A stretch of DNA of 63,513 bases, the filler included, from Octopus bimaculoides (lineage: Eukaryota): the NCBI RefSeq assembly GCF_001194135.2. It is 7 parts of 6 records of this genome, joined end to end, with 100 filler letters (N's around TTAATTAATTAA, not from the genome) between each part and the next. Parts side by side here need not be neighbours in the genome. Positions count along the whole stretch, not along the records: positions 38,000 to 51,318 come from NC_069004.1; positions 51,419 to 61,307 come from NC_068983.1; positions 61,408 to 63,513 come from NC_068985.1; 4 more parts are not named here. One strand, 5' to 3'. Under the pieces are notes generated by a model, which searched no databases, was not told the DNA's origin, and was given only the letters and a program-made list of their open reading frames with translations. A program made the position numbers and the translations under genes. Below are positions 49,679-63,314 of the stretch, in pieces; position 1 is the stretch's first letter; each line of letters starts with the position of its first letter.

Positions 49679-50523
49679 NNNNNNNNNNNNNNNNNNNNNN
49701 NNNNNNNNNNNNNNNNNNNNNNNNNNNNNNNNNNNNNNNNNNNNNNNNNNNNNNNNNNNNNNNNNNNNNNNNNNNNNNNNNNNNNNNNNNNNNNNNNNNN
49801 NNNNNNNNNNNNNNNNNNNNNNNNNNNNNNNNNNNNNNNNNNNNNNNNNNNNNNNNNNNNNNNNNNNNNNNNNNNNNNNNNNNNNNNNNNNNNNNNNNNN
49901 NNNNNNNNNNNNNNNNNNNNNNNNNNNNNNNNNNNNNNNNNNNNNNNNNNNNNNNNNNNNNNNNNNNNNNNNNNNNNNNNNNNNNNNNNNNNNNNNNNNN
50001 NNNNNNNNNNNNNNNNNNNNNNNNNNNNNNNNNNNNNNNNNNNNNNNNNNNNNNNNNNNNNNNNNNNNNNNNNNNNNNNNNNNNNNNNNNNNNNNNNNNN
50101 NNNNNNNNNNNNNNNNNNNNNNNNNNNNNNNNNNNNNNNNNNNNNNNNNNNNNNNNNNNNNNNNNNNNNNNNNNNNNNNNNNNNNNNNNNNNNNNNNNNN
50201 NNNNNNNNNNNNNNNNNNNNNNNNNNNNNNNNNNNNNNNNNNNNNNNNNNNNNNNNNNNNNNNNNNNNNNNNNNNNNNNNNNNNNNNNNNNNNNNNNNNN
50301 NNNNNNNNNNNNNNNNNNNNNNNNNNNNNNNNNNNNNNNNNNNNNNNNNNNNNNNNNNNNNNNNNNNNNNNNNNNNNNNNNNNNNNNNNNNNNNNNNNNN
50401 NNNNNNNNNNNNNNNNNNNNNNNNNNNNNNNNNNNNNNNNNNNNNNNNNNNNNNNNNNNNNNNNNNNNNNNNNNNNNNNNNNNNNNNNNNNNNNNNNNNN
50501 NNNNNNNNNNNNNNNNNNNNNNN

Positions 50524-50558
<35 letters not shown>

Positions 50559-51048
50559 TGTTATGCATATTCTTTCCTTTCAGTCATTTAACTGCGGCCA
50601 TGCTGGGCTAATCCTTTGTAAGCCTAGTACTTATTCTATCGGTCTCTTTCGCCGGAATGCAAGGTTGCCGGGACGTGAACGCACTAGCTTCGGTTGTCAA
50701 GCGATGGTGAGGGACAAACACACACACACACACACACACACAACGGTCTTTCAGTTGCCGTCTACCAAATCCATTCACAAGGCTTTGGTCAGCCTGGGGC
50801 TATATTAGAAGACGTTTTCCGAAGGTGCCACGCAGTGGGACTGAACCTGGAACTATGTTGTTGGTAGCCAAACTTATAACCATACAGAGAGGTATACATA
50901 CATACATACATACATACATACATACATACATACATACATACATACATTCATACATATGAATATATATCCGCTAAGTTACGAGGACGTAAACACACCAACA
51001 TCGGTTGTGAAGCGACGGTGGGGGAATAAACAAAGACACACAAATACA

Positions 51049-51084
<36 letters not shown>

Positions 51085-52210
51085 TATATATACACGATGG
51101 GCTTCTTTCAGTTTCCGTCTACCAAATCCACTCACAATACTCTGGTCGGTCGGAGGCTATAGTAGAAGACACTTGCCTGAGGTGTCACGCAGTGGGACTG
51201 AACGCGGAACCATGTGGTTTTGAAGCAAGCTTCTTACCACACACCTACCCCTACGCCTATACTTATACATATGTACATTTACACTCTTGTCTCCGTATTC
51301 TTTCTGTTGAAGAGCGTANNNNNNNNNNNNNNNNNNNNNNNNNNNNNNNNNNNNNNNNNNNNTTAATTAATTAANNNNNNNNNNNNNNNNNNNNNNNNNN
51401 NNNNNNNNNNNNNNNNNNTTCAAGTCTCAGAAGCCCTTAGAACGGGTCAGGTATGCTGTTAAATATATTCTCTGACTGAGCTGGTAGATATATTTTTTTT
51501 AAAAACAGGGTTGATATGGGTTTATACACAACAATAACAAAATCTAGACGTATATATTCTATAAAAAAAATATTCAAAGGTATTATTTACAATAAAATAA
51601 ATAATCTTCGAGGGGTTTTTTTTTTGGTGGAGAGTATGTTTATTATTTTTTTTTTTTTTTTTTTTTTGTTTTGGCGGAAATAGTATCATTCGCTTTGTTT
51701 ACATTTTGTTTTTCTATTTAATGGATTTCTCCATGGTGAACCCCGAGGAGTATTGTGTGTAGAAAGTGATTGATACTTAAAGGCTAAGAGCATAGAACAT
51801 AATGCGTGTGTGTGTGTCTATGTGTGTACGTGAGTGTGATCAGTGTGTGTAAATAGACACACACACACACATATACTTATATACGTTATATATATCATAC
51901 ATGCATATATACGTAAATAAAAATATATAAATTCATACATGTATATATATTGAAAGGCACACGCATAAATGCATACATATACATATATATTTATTCCTAT
52001 TAAGTTTCACTTGTCAAAATGCTATCCTTATGAAATGCATGTATGGATGGATGGATGGATGGATGCACGTATGTATGTACATATATATAGAGAGAGAGAG
52101 TATTACTGTAAGCATTCAATTCGTAAAAAAGTGATGTTTACTGAGCATTCAAGTAACAGTGAAGGACAGTGTGTGTATATATATATATATACATATATGC
52201 GTGAAGGACA

Positions 52211-52241
<31 letters not shown>

Positions 52242-52929
52242 CATATNNNNNNNNNNNNNNNNNNNNNNNNNNNNNNNNNNNNNNNNNNNNNNNNNNNNNN
52301 NNNNNNNNNNNNNNNNNNNNNNNNNNNNNNNNNNNNNNNNNNNNNNNNNNNNNNNNNNNNNNNNNNNNNNNNNNNNNNNNNNNNNNNNNNNNNNNNNNNN
52401 NNNNNNNNNNNNNNNNNNNNNNNNNNNNNNNNNNNNNNNNNNNNNNNNNNNNNNNNNNNNNNNNNNNNNNNNNNNNNNNNNNNNNNNNNNNNNNNNNNNN
52501 NNNNNNNNNNNNNNNNNNNNNNNNNNNNNNNNNNNNNNNNNNNNNNNNNNNNNNNNNNNNNNNNNATATATAATAGAGAGAGAGAGAGAGAGAAATAATA
52601 ATAATCCTTCGATGGAATTTATAAATATTTATTTCTTTATTGCCCACAAGGGACTAAACATAGAGAGGAAAAACAAGGACAAACAAAAGTATTAAGTCGA
52701 TTACATCGACCCCAGTGCGTAACTGGTACTTATTTAATCGACCCCGAAAGGATGAAAGGCAAAGTCGACCTCGGCGGAATTTGAACTCAGAACGTTATGG
52801 CAGACGAAATACTGCTAGGCATTTCGCCCGGCGTGCTAACGATTCTACCAGCTCGCCGCCCTTTATAGATTTATAAATATTTTAATGCATCGCTACGCGC
52901 GTTTTCACAAATCACGTGTCCTTTAAGAT

Positions 52930-53230
52930 CAGAGTTCGTATTCTTGGGTTGAACAAAGAGTTGACAAACAAACGGATTGGCCCAGTTGATTGGCCACTTA
53001 GATCACCGGATTTCACGCTCATGAACTTTTTCTTTTGGGTTGTTGTCAAAGACAAAGTGTTTTCTAAAATTGCCACGCGCTGTTGATGCCAAGATTGAAT
53101 TCATTAAAAGACCTGCCAAGAAATTCATGCAAAGAACTGGGTACGAAGATCTGCTTAAGTGTTGAATATCAACTTCAAGAGTTCATAGACACGGAAGTCC
53201 ATCGGTTTGAGCACTTGAGAGACTGAAGAA
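52930..53230 (+). mobile_element. Tc1/mariner-superfamily transposase relic
   Basis: WIGPVDWPLRSPDFTLMNFFFWVVVKDKVF resembles WPPRSPDLTPLDFFLWGYVKDKVY. Confidence 0.65.
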
Positions 53231-53693
53231 CTTGAGAGACTGTTATAGAACAGAGAATCACTGAATTCTTATCCGAAAAAAGAAATAGAGAAACGGAAAG
53301 AACATCCCACTCATATTAAGCAGCTGTATGCCTACTTTTGACCACCCTTCTATATGTGTATGTATCATACATACACCTACAAACGCCTACATTTATGCGC
53401 ATACGTCACATTACACACACATACACTGTCAAGCAAGCACACACACATACCTACACCTAAGCGCACGTTCACACCTACACACAATGAACATTGTCTATAT
53501 GTCATTCCCCCATTGATCTACTTTGAAATATGCTTAACCGCGCAAGGAGCTATTCATTCGAGTATTTTAAGCCTTGATAAAGCATAATATCTGTGTACTC
53601 ACACCCGTTCGCCATTCATGTTACCCCAATATGATAAAATCTGTAATATGATTCGTAAGAACTTTCCCTCTTCCTATCTTCTCAGTCTTTCTT

Positions 53694-53736
53694 CTGTTTT
53701 TTGCTGATGACGGACCTTTGTCCGAAACGAAAACAT
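53694..53736 (+). ncRNA. Hammerhead-like motif, degenerate
   Basis: CTGATGA-C-GGAC(cttt)GTCC-GAAA-CG. Stem I and the cleavage triplet are not cleanly recoverable. Confidence 0.35.
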
Positions 53737-53952
53737 TAAATATTTCTTAATTCTTCTTTTCAACCTTATACTAAGCCCCATAATTTTCAGATCACTTTTT
53801 GAATTTCTTTGATCTTACGTGTTCGCTTAACCTGTTAGAAATAGCAGACAAATTTCCCTGAAATCACATGCTACTGTCTCAAAGAAGAAAGGGCATGCAA
53901 AGCAACGTAGTCCATGATATTTAGAAAGATAGGATAAGTATGGTTGTTGTTG

Positions 53953-54212
53953 TGTCGACGCCCCCAAGCGAAGAAGTAGGATCGCCCAAGACATATAAAT
54001 AGAGGTAATCTGGCCGCGGTAGGAGTTGAGTAGCAGTCGAGTAGGATCATCCGAAGGTGCTAGATAGCAGTAGCTTGAGACATAACAGTTGTAAACTTTT
54101 TCTTCATATGTTTGTTAGTTATAAGTGAGCCTTGAGCTAATCAACAAGAACAAGATATTCACAAATAAATATTTCATCTTCTTTCATTCGTTAATCGTTT
54201 GAGCGACCGACA
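53953..54212 (+). mobile_element. Probable solo LTR (260 bp)
   Basis: TGTCG...CGACA inverted termini, internal TATAAATA and AATAAA. Only a 3-nt flank match (ttg/ttg), so the TSD is not convincing. Confidence 0.5.
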
Positions 54213-54709
54213 TTGATTCAAATATTTCTTTCGAATATTTATCGGGACAGTAAAAAGCGGTTCACATCCATCGGAAACGTTGCATGTCCATAAACTCATT
54301 TATTTCCTTTCAAAGACTAAAGCATTTCTGTTGTGGGAAAATTGTGGCGTAACCTGAACATGATACTGTGTTCAGAAATGGAACTAGAAACATTATAATA
54401 CAGGTTCTGAAGATAATATATCAAAATATTGAGATAAAAGAGAGACCCAGACGTAAAATACGAAAGTAGAAGCGGGTGTTATAGATTGACGTCACAACAG
54501 CACTTTATAAACAATAGTTTGTTGACTTAACAATAAATATTTCTATTGTTTCCATTTTTTTATTTTTTTTATTTTTGGTGATTGTTATAATATTTATTTT
54601 CTAAGTTTCTTTATTTTTCTCTCTCGTGTTTGTTGTTGTTGGTATTGCTTAGAAAACAGCATCCAATTTCATGACATCATCAAAGTAGTGAGTACTCGAC
54701 AAATTTCAC

Positions 54710-54759
<50 letters not shown>

Positions 54760-55964
54760 NNNNNNNNNNNNNNNNNNNNNNNNNNNNNNNNNNNNNNNNN
54801 NNNNNNNNNNNNNNNNNNNNNNNNNNNNNNNNNNNNNNNNNNNNNNNNNNNNNNNNNNNNNNNNNNNNNNNNNNNNNNNNNNNNNNNNNNNNNNNNNNNN
54901 NNNNNNNNNNNNNNNNNNNNNNNNNNNNNNNNNNNNNNNNNNNNNNNNNNNNNNNNNNNNNNNNNNNNNNNNNNNNNNNNNNNNNNNNNNNNNNNNNNNN
55001 NNNNNNNNNNNNNNNNNNNNNNNNNNNNNNNNNNNNNNNNNNNNNNNNNNNNNNNNNNNNNNNNNNNNNNNNNNNNNNNNNNNNNNNNNNNNNNNNNNNN
55101 NNNNNNNNNNNNNNNNNNNNNNNNNNNNNNNNNNNNNNNNNNNNNNNNNNNNNNNNNNNNNNNNNNNNNNNNNNNNNNNNNNNNNNNNNNNNNNNNNNNN
55201 NNNNNNNNNNNNNNNNNNNNNNNNNNNNNNNNNNNNNNNNNNNNNNNNNNNNNNNNNNNNNNNNNNNNNNNNNNNNNNNNNNNNNNNNNNNNNNNNNNNN
55301 NNNNNNNNNNNNNNNNNNNNNNNNNNNNNNNNNNNNNNNNNNNNNNNNNNNNNNNNNNNNNNNNNNNNNNNNNNNNNNNNNNNNNNNNNNNNNNNNNNNN
55401 NNNNNNNNNNNNNNNNNNNNNNAAATCCCAGCTATATATATGACGGGCTTCCATACAATTTTTGTCTAGAGGATGAAAGCATGGAAGATGCATAAAATAT
55501 GGCAACAAGGAAGCTGTATGAAAGATGTGCAAAACGTAATTGTATCTTTTAACTTTGAATTGTTTCAGTCATCAGACCGTAGTCACGCATGCGCACTACT
55601 TTGTAAGGTTTTAACCGAACAAACGATCCTACTATTTTTGAAGTCCAGCTTTTATTCTATTGTTCTTTCTCGCCGAACCGCTAAGTTACGGGGGGGGGGG
55701 GGTCCAAAAATAGACCAAACCGGTTATCAAGCGGAAAGGGGATGGGACATAAACACAAAACACACATACATAGATACATACATACATACAACGAAGTCAC
55801 TCACAGGCTGGTCATACCCGAAGCTTAAGTGGAAGACACCCATGTTGCCGTACAGTGGGACTGAACCCGAAATCAGTTGGTTGAGAAGCAAACTTCTTAC
55901 CACAGAGCTATGCCTGTACCTAGCGATAAAAGTAGTAAATACAATGGGATCAAAAGGGCTGTGC

Positions 55965-56076
<112 letters not shown>

Positions 56077-56140
56077 TTCAAAAAAGGGAATCTTTCCAAC
56101 TCAAAGCCTTCATTGAACTAACTATTATATTTTATAATAG

Positions 56141-56290
56141 TAAATATTTTGCCAAAATTCACCGAATAAAAAAAAAATATTTTACGAAAATTCACCGAAT
56201 AAAAAAAAATATTTTACCAAAATTCGCCGAATGAAAAATAACATTTTGCCAAAATTCACCGAATTAAAATTTTTAAAATTCGCACAGAAT
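56141..56290. repeat. Minisatellite, about 33-bp unit, 4-5 copies
   Basis: aaatattttgccaaaattcaccgaataaaaaaa repeated with drift. Confidence 0.8.
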
Positions 56291-56437
56291 TTGCCTAATG
56301 TAACCTACATGTTAAACCATGCACTAAACTAGAATAACTTGCACAATTACCAAACATAAAGAAGTGTTAAAACTGCTGAAATATGTTATATTTGATATAA
56401 CATCGCAGTGAGAATTAGTTGTTGTTATTGGAGGTGA

Positions 56438-56475
<38 letters not shown>

Positions 56476-57010
56476 AAACAAAACAAGCTATTTTTAAACA
56501 TACGCCAGTTTTCTTCCTACGAGTATGAGGGTGTGATATTCAGACTCCCGTCTGTTAACAGAATATCGTTGAACATGTGATATATAAACTTGACACTGTG
56601 ACATTCTCAAACACACGCCATCTTCGGAAGACGCAGCTCACCTAGTTTGACGATGCTTGTGTGAATATGTCTGTGTTTTGTTGCTGTTGCTGTTGTTATT
56701 CTTGTTATTCTTGTTGTTGTTGTTGTATTGTCCCCTATTTCCTTTCAAACTCTTGCCCATCATCATCTGATCCTAACAAACTCATAAATGTTAAATTGGA
56801 ATTCCGAGAAACGGCAGTTTGTGAAACTCTAATTTTCCCCCCATCAGGTCGCCATTTTTCTAAAGAGTGTCTTTCTGAAGGATAACTTCAATGAGTCGAC
56901 AAAATGCGATGACGAGGATGGAGATGGGGAAGCAAACTAACGATTAAATAAAAATGAAAAGAATACAAGGTTATTTCTTTGTCAATTTTCATCCAGTTCT
57001 ATCCCCTCTA

Positions 57011-57248
57011 AAACGGTGGTTCTCAACCGGGGTCCACATGACTCTTGCAGGTTCATATATAATATTTTGTTGTTAAAAATTATGTACAATAAATTGGTTA
57101 TACTTCTACAATACACAAAATATTTTAACTATTTTTGTACAATTTCTTATAATATTTAATTATAAAAAATATAAGATTTTTTAAACATCGAATGGCTATG
57201 GAAGTAGTCTATAGGTAAAAAAAAAATAAAATGTTTGAGACTCACTGC
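57011..57248 (+). mobile_element. hAT-type MITE
   Basis: cggtggttctcaacc ... tttgagactcactg termini with near-matching 8-bp flanks ctctaaaa / ccctaaaa. A related, more eroded copy ends at about 27973. Confidence 0.65.
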
Positions 57249-57577
57249 CCTAAAAGAAGGAAAATTTAATTTAACAGAAACAAGTTCATGCTGTTTCGTA
57301 AGATTTTATTTATTGCCACTTTGCGTCCTTTTAAGCTGATGGGAGGCATTTCTAGAGGTGTAGTGTAGACAAAGTGTAGCAAAGAAGCTGGCGTACACTT
57401 AGTAGGGTTTCTTGACGTTTTAATATATGTTCTCGACAACCAGCTGAGCCGGAGAACATAGAATAAAATAGGTTGTCCCGAGAAAAAATATGAAGTCAGT
57501 AGGAAATTTTCATCACTTTGCTAGATGACCTAAATACGATCTTAAAGAATATGTATACATAGACATGCACACACACG

Positions 57578-57612
<35 letters not shown>

Positions 57613-58343
57613 GCATACATATACGTATGTATGTATATGTATATATAAATGTGTGTATGTATATATACGTACATATATGTATAAACTCACGAATATATAT
57701 ATACAAATATGTGTGTGTGTGTGTGTGTGTGTTTATGTATGTATCCATATACGTGGGTTATTTCCAAGAACAACCTACATCAACAGACGCCTGCGGGTGC
57801 ACAGGAAGTCAATACCAGAAATAAAGAGGAGTGTTGAGACGTCGATCTTCTCCCACCTAACCTCGCCAGTAACTTCTCTTTTGTGTGGGCGAGGATCCAA
57901 AACGAGAATTTTTTCCTTCTTTCCATTCATCACTTTGCTTTATAAAGTATATCTTTTTTAATTATTATAGATTTTATTATACTGTTTTGTTTTGTTTTTT
58001 TTAATTCCATGTGCGCTTTTATCAATTTTTAACTTCTGACCTCATGTATATTATGACGACTTTGCAAATGACTCTCACATTCTTTTCGTATTTCATTTTT
58101 ATCGAACCAATGTAGCTGGTACACAAATAAATATTGTTTTGGGTGTCATAATCGTTAGAGTTTCGGAAAATGTATTGCAGAACTTGTTCTGTCTTTTTTA
58201 CGGGCTTAGTTCAAATCCCGCCAAGGATCTCTTTGCCTTTCATTTCTCTGGTGTGCATAAAATAAAATACCGGTTAAGTAGGGATCGATTCGTTTCCCAA
58301 AATTGCTGGCCAGCTACCAAAATTAGAAAGAATTATAGTTGTC

Positions 58344-59370
58344 ATTACCTCCACCTTAGGGAAGACGGAGGTATCGTTTTCAGTTGTGTTTGTTTGCTTA
58401 TTTGTTTGTTTTCCGTGGACAAGATATCTCAAGAACCGCTGGATGGATTCGGATGAAACTTTCAGGTATGTTTAGCCTTGTGATTGGCACGAACTGGTTA
58501 GATTTTGGGATCGATCCGGTACCGAGTAAGGATTCTGGATTATTTGTTATATTTACTTTACATGAAGTATTACGATCTTACGTTCACTTTTAAGTCTTTC
58601 TCTGATTATTTCCCTTGAAAGCACGCTCATGGTTTCCACGTAAGTTATGGTGGCGTTGCTGTTTCCAAAGTTTTATTTTCGTTTCACTATTATTAATTTT
58701 ACTTGCGTCTCTATTTTAGTAGAAAATGACGGATAAAGAAATCAAACTACATAGACAAACGGCAGCAAAACCGTTCAGAAATTAAATGACACCAACATAT
58801 TCAGTAACAATAATAAATTTGATTTATCCTCGACAATTTTTAGTTTTACCAGTTTTGAATATATCGTCTCTGTTTAAAGCCTCTTACCTACTTGACAATT
58901 ACATTTCTAGCTCTGCCTTGAAGGAAGCTTTACTTCTTGGACTCACGTTTTTTCTGCACAACGATGTTGTTAAACCTCCGTTAACAGTACCGTATGCAGG
59001 TCCTTTCCGTTTTCTTTCATGCACGGATACATTTTTCACTATAAATCTTAATCGTGGTAAAGACACAATATCAGTGGATAGACTAAAAAGGCTTTCGTAG
59101 AGAAAACTGTCCTGTTCCCGCTGCAGACAACACACACACACAGCATTACAAACACGGCCTGCACACCCACCATCACATTCCATGACTACCAATAGAATCG
59201 ATCAGGTACTGGACAAGGATTCTGGATTATTTTTTCGGGTTTTTACTTAATTTTTGAGAGCAGTCGAGTTTATTTCAAATATTCTCATTTTAAAAATCAT
59301 TTCCAGCTAATCGTTGAGACAACGTTGGTGTTGCCTTGGCAGAGGTTTGCGCTCTCTGAGTGCTCTTGTT
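58344..59370 (+). mobile_element. Helentron/HINE-like non-autonomous element with internal insert
   Basis: 5' tacctccacctt and 3' cttggcagaggt sub-terminal inverted repeat, followed by the gcgctctctgagtgc stem-loop; gtttg microsatellite near the 5' end. Confidence 0.6.
58905..59098 (+). pseudogene. Ty3/Gypsy integrase C-terminal (GPY/F) fragment
   Basis: FFLHNDVVKPPLTVPYAGPFRFLSCTDTFFTINLNRGKDTISVDRLK. Confidence 0.72.
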
Positions 59371-60195
59371 GTTATTATTATTATTATTATTATTGAGTGA
59401 GAGAGCAGTGATTGCCATCAAAGTGACACTGGGGTACAAATATACGAAGTCCATTATACCCATCATGACTACACGTCCGATAAGGGTTCACCAGGCACAT
59501 GCATCACAACCATATATGCGCAACATGGTGATCTCATATCAAGATAAACAGCACAGTTAGAATTTTTTCTTCAGGTATATATATATATATATATNNNNNN
59601 NNNNNNNNNNNNNNNNNNNNNNNNNNNNNNNNNNNNNNNNNNNNNNNNNNNNNNNNNNNNNNNNNNNNNNNNNNNNNNNNNNNNNNNNNNNNNNNNNNNN
59701 NNNNNNNNNNNNNNNNNNNNNNNNNNNNNNNNNNNNNNNNNNNNNNNNNNNNNNNNNNNNNNNNNNNNNNNNNNNNNNNNNNNNNNNNNNNNNNNNNNNN
59801 NNNNNNNNNNNNNNNNNNNNNNNNNNNNNNNNNNNNNNNNNNNNNNNNNNNNNNNNNNNNNNNNNNNNNNNNNNNNNNNNNNNNNNNNNNNNNNNNNNNN
59901 NNNNNNNNNNNNNNNNNNNNNNNNNNNNNNNNNNNNNNNNNNNNNNNNNNNNNNNNNNNNNNNNNNNNNNNNNNNNNNNNNNNNNNNNNNNNNNNNNNNN
60001 NNNNNNNNNNNNNNNNNNNNNNNNNNNNNNNNNNNNNNNNNNNNNNNNNNNNNNNNNNNNNNNNNNNNNNNNNNNNNNNNNNNNNNNNNNNNNNNNNNNN
60101 NNNNNNNNNNNNNNNNNNNNNNNNNNNNNNNNNNNNNNNNNNNNNNNNNNNNNNNNNNNNNNNNNNNNNNNNNNNNNNNNNNNNNNNNNNNNNNN

Positions 60196-60231
<36 letters not shown>

Positions 60232-60281
60232 TTGCATTGTAGTGCTGAAACTACTCTTTTTGTTATTACTCAGTTTCTCAA

Positions 60282-60515
60282 TGGCGTCGAGCTGGCAGAA
60301 TCGTTAGTGCGCCGGGCGAAATGCTTAGCGGTATTTCGTCTGCCGTTACGTTCTGAGTTCAAATTCCGCCGAGGTCAACTTTGCCTTTCATCCTTTCGGG
60401 GTCGATTAAATAAGTACCAGTTTCGCACTGGGATCGATGTAATTGACTTAATCCCTTTGTCTGTCCTTGCTTGCCCACTCTATGTTTAGCCCCTTGTGGG
60501 CAATAAAGAAATAAG
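60282..60515 (+). mobile_element. tRNA-derived SINE family B (gcctttcatcctttcggggtcgat..aagtaccag body)
   Basis: Other copies at about 52617-52860(-), 38230-38445(-), 4865-5075(-), 3135-3270(-), 5665-5820(-), 58135-58275 and 30075-30275. Confidence 0.85.
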
Positions 60516-60824
60516 TCATGGCTGCAAATTAATAAATATATATGGTTAACGATGAAAATATTTGCCATCATAAGGAAGTGGTAGCACTTTAATATCGTTA
60601 ACGGTGTCATGTTACAGACTCGTTAGCTGTCATTCAAAACATAGGAAATTCCTTCGAAGTAATTAATCTCCCTCAACTTTATTACTTCAGTCTTAGGAAT
60701 GACAACATGCAAAACAGTGACTCATTTTTAGTTCCTTTCTTGACCAGACTACACATAAGGTTTCAAATTTAATGGAAAGTGATATTAGTTTATGCCGAGT
60801 TTATTAGTTCATGATACACGCCAT

Positions 60825-61150
60825 AGGCGCAGGAGTGGCTGTGTGATAAGAAGTTTGCTTCCCGACCACATGGTTCCGGGTTCAGTCCTACTGCGTGGCA
60901 TCTTGGATCTTTTACTATAACCTTGGGCTGACCAAAGCCTTGTGATGGATTTGGTGGACGCAAACTGAAAGAAGCCCGTCGTGTGTATGTGTGTGTGCGT
61001 GTGTCTCACTATCGCTTGATAATCGATGTTGGTGTGTTTATGTCCCCGTAACTTAGCGGTTCGGCGAATAAGTCCTGGGGGTCGATTTGTTCGACCAAAG
61101 GCGGTGATCCATCATGGCCGCAGTCGGATGACTAAAACAAGTAAAAGAAA
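60825..61150 (+). mobile_element. SINE family C copy
   Basis: Same head and tail, with internal deletions. Confidence 0.8.
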
Positions 61151-62403
61151 AAAGCCGTATGGAAGAATTCATAACTGCTGCTAGCCAGGACCGTATTTAA
61201 ATCATGAGGAGCCCGGGGTTCTTCAAGTTCGGTGAACCCTTCATACACAAGAATTAAAATCTTGGAAAATTACCAAATTTAAACCTTAAACCCATCTATT
61301 TCACGATNNNNNNNNNNNNNNNNNNNNNNNNNNNNNNNNNNNNNNNNNNNNTTAATTAATTAANNNNNNNNNNNNNNNNNNNNNNNNNNNNNNNNNNNNN
61401 NNNNNNNATATATATATATATATATATATAAATACATATGTGTACATACTTAAACTTACCTCGAAACACGTACACATACACACACACCACACACACTCAC
61501 ACGCCACACACATACACACCACACACATACACACACATACACACGCATACACACAGAGACAGAGACAGACAGACACACACACACACACACTCGATAGGTA
61601 TTGTTCAGTAGATAAAGATTAAATTAGATAAACGAACCAACTTTTCCTTACAAAAATAGAAACCATAAAAGCGAACTGGAATTAAAGAAGAACGAATAAC
61701 TAGAGGAAGTTTTCAGGGGAAGTTGATCAATTCCGATATTCTGTTTGAATATATAAAGAACAGAATGCAGAGGATAATAGAATCATGGTTGATAGATAAA
61801 ATGAATATTCGATCATTTCCTTCGTTAACCTCCTTTAGTTGATCTCTTCAGTGTTGGAACAAACCAGATTCTATTGTTAAATGCAGGCATACGCTTGCTT
61901 CGTATTAATCAACAACGAATCGAAGAAGAATTTTTACTATAAGAATGAGAAAAACAAAAAACAAAAACAAAAACAAAAAAAAAATAATAAAACCAAACAA
62001 AAAAAAAAATCCAAATGTATTTTTGGGAGACATTTTAGGAAATAAGCGAGCAAAGAGCAATGGCGGATGTAAGAAGGATGTTGTTATGGCGTATTGAATG
62101 TGAAGTTAAGGAGATAAACCAACTGAAAAGTAATGTAAATTCAACTTAAGAAATCGGAAATTGTTAGAGAAATTGAGCTCTAGTGATATGACACATAGAT
62201 AGGGGTCAGGCGTAGCTGTATGGTTTAAAAGGTTTGCTTCTAATCATGTGGTTCAATCCCACTACGCGGCATTTTGCACAAGAGTATTTTACGTATAGGC
62301 CCGGATCGAACAATGGTTTGTGAGTAGATTTGCTAAATGGAAACTGTATGATAAGAATTAGAAAGGATTATTATTATTATCATTATTATTATTATTATTA
62401 TTA

Positions 62404-62450
<47 letters not shown>

Positions 62451-63034
62451 GAGTAAGAGAGCAGTGCATGCCATCAAAGTGACACTGGGGTAAAATATAC
62501 GAAGCCCAGTATACCCATCATGACTACCCGTCTGATAAGGGTACACCAGGTACATGCATCACAACCATATGTGCACACCATAGTGGTCTCATATCAAGAT
62601 AAACAGCGCATGACCTTGCAAGTGGGGCCCAGTTAGAATTTTCTTCAGGTCGAGTAGCCCATCCTACTCAAATGGTCCTTGAATAAAGGTTGTTTGAGGA
62701 TGTTGAATGAAATACCCATATTTCCAAAGGTGAATTATCCAAATCCCAAAGAGTTCCTCTCAACACATGACTATGATGCTCCCCCATTATTATTATTATT
62801 GTTATTATTATTATTACTATAGATATCGGTATAGAGAAAAGTTCTTTACTTATAAACGATTGACACAATCCATCACTAAGGTAAACATAGCTGACGTAAT
62901 CCACCACCAAAGCAAACAATGACGAAAAGCGCGATTCGAAAGTAACAGATATTTATTTGTAGCTGAACTATATTTCGGCATCTCGTGTACCTTCCACAGG
63001 TTCAAAATAAACATGTCAGTCTAATTCATTTTTT

Positions 63035-63212
63035 AAGTTTATATAGGACTGAAGTAACTCAACAGAAGTTATATAGATATAGGTATAGAGAAGAGTTCTT
63101 TACTTGTAAACGATTGACATTGGATATCGTCTAATAATATCAAGTAAAGAACTCTTTTCTATACCTATATCTATATAACTTCTGTTGAGTTACTTCAGTC
63201 CTATATAAACTT
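63035..63212. repeat. Hairpin: 72-bp arms, 34-nt loop, next to (TTA)n
   Basis: Arms 63035-63106 and 63141-63212 are reverse complements with about 1 mismatch. Confidence 0.9.
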
Positions 63213-63223
63213 ATTATTATTAC

Positions 63224-63310
<87 letters not shown>

Positions 63311-63314
<4 letters not shown>

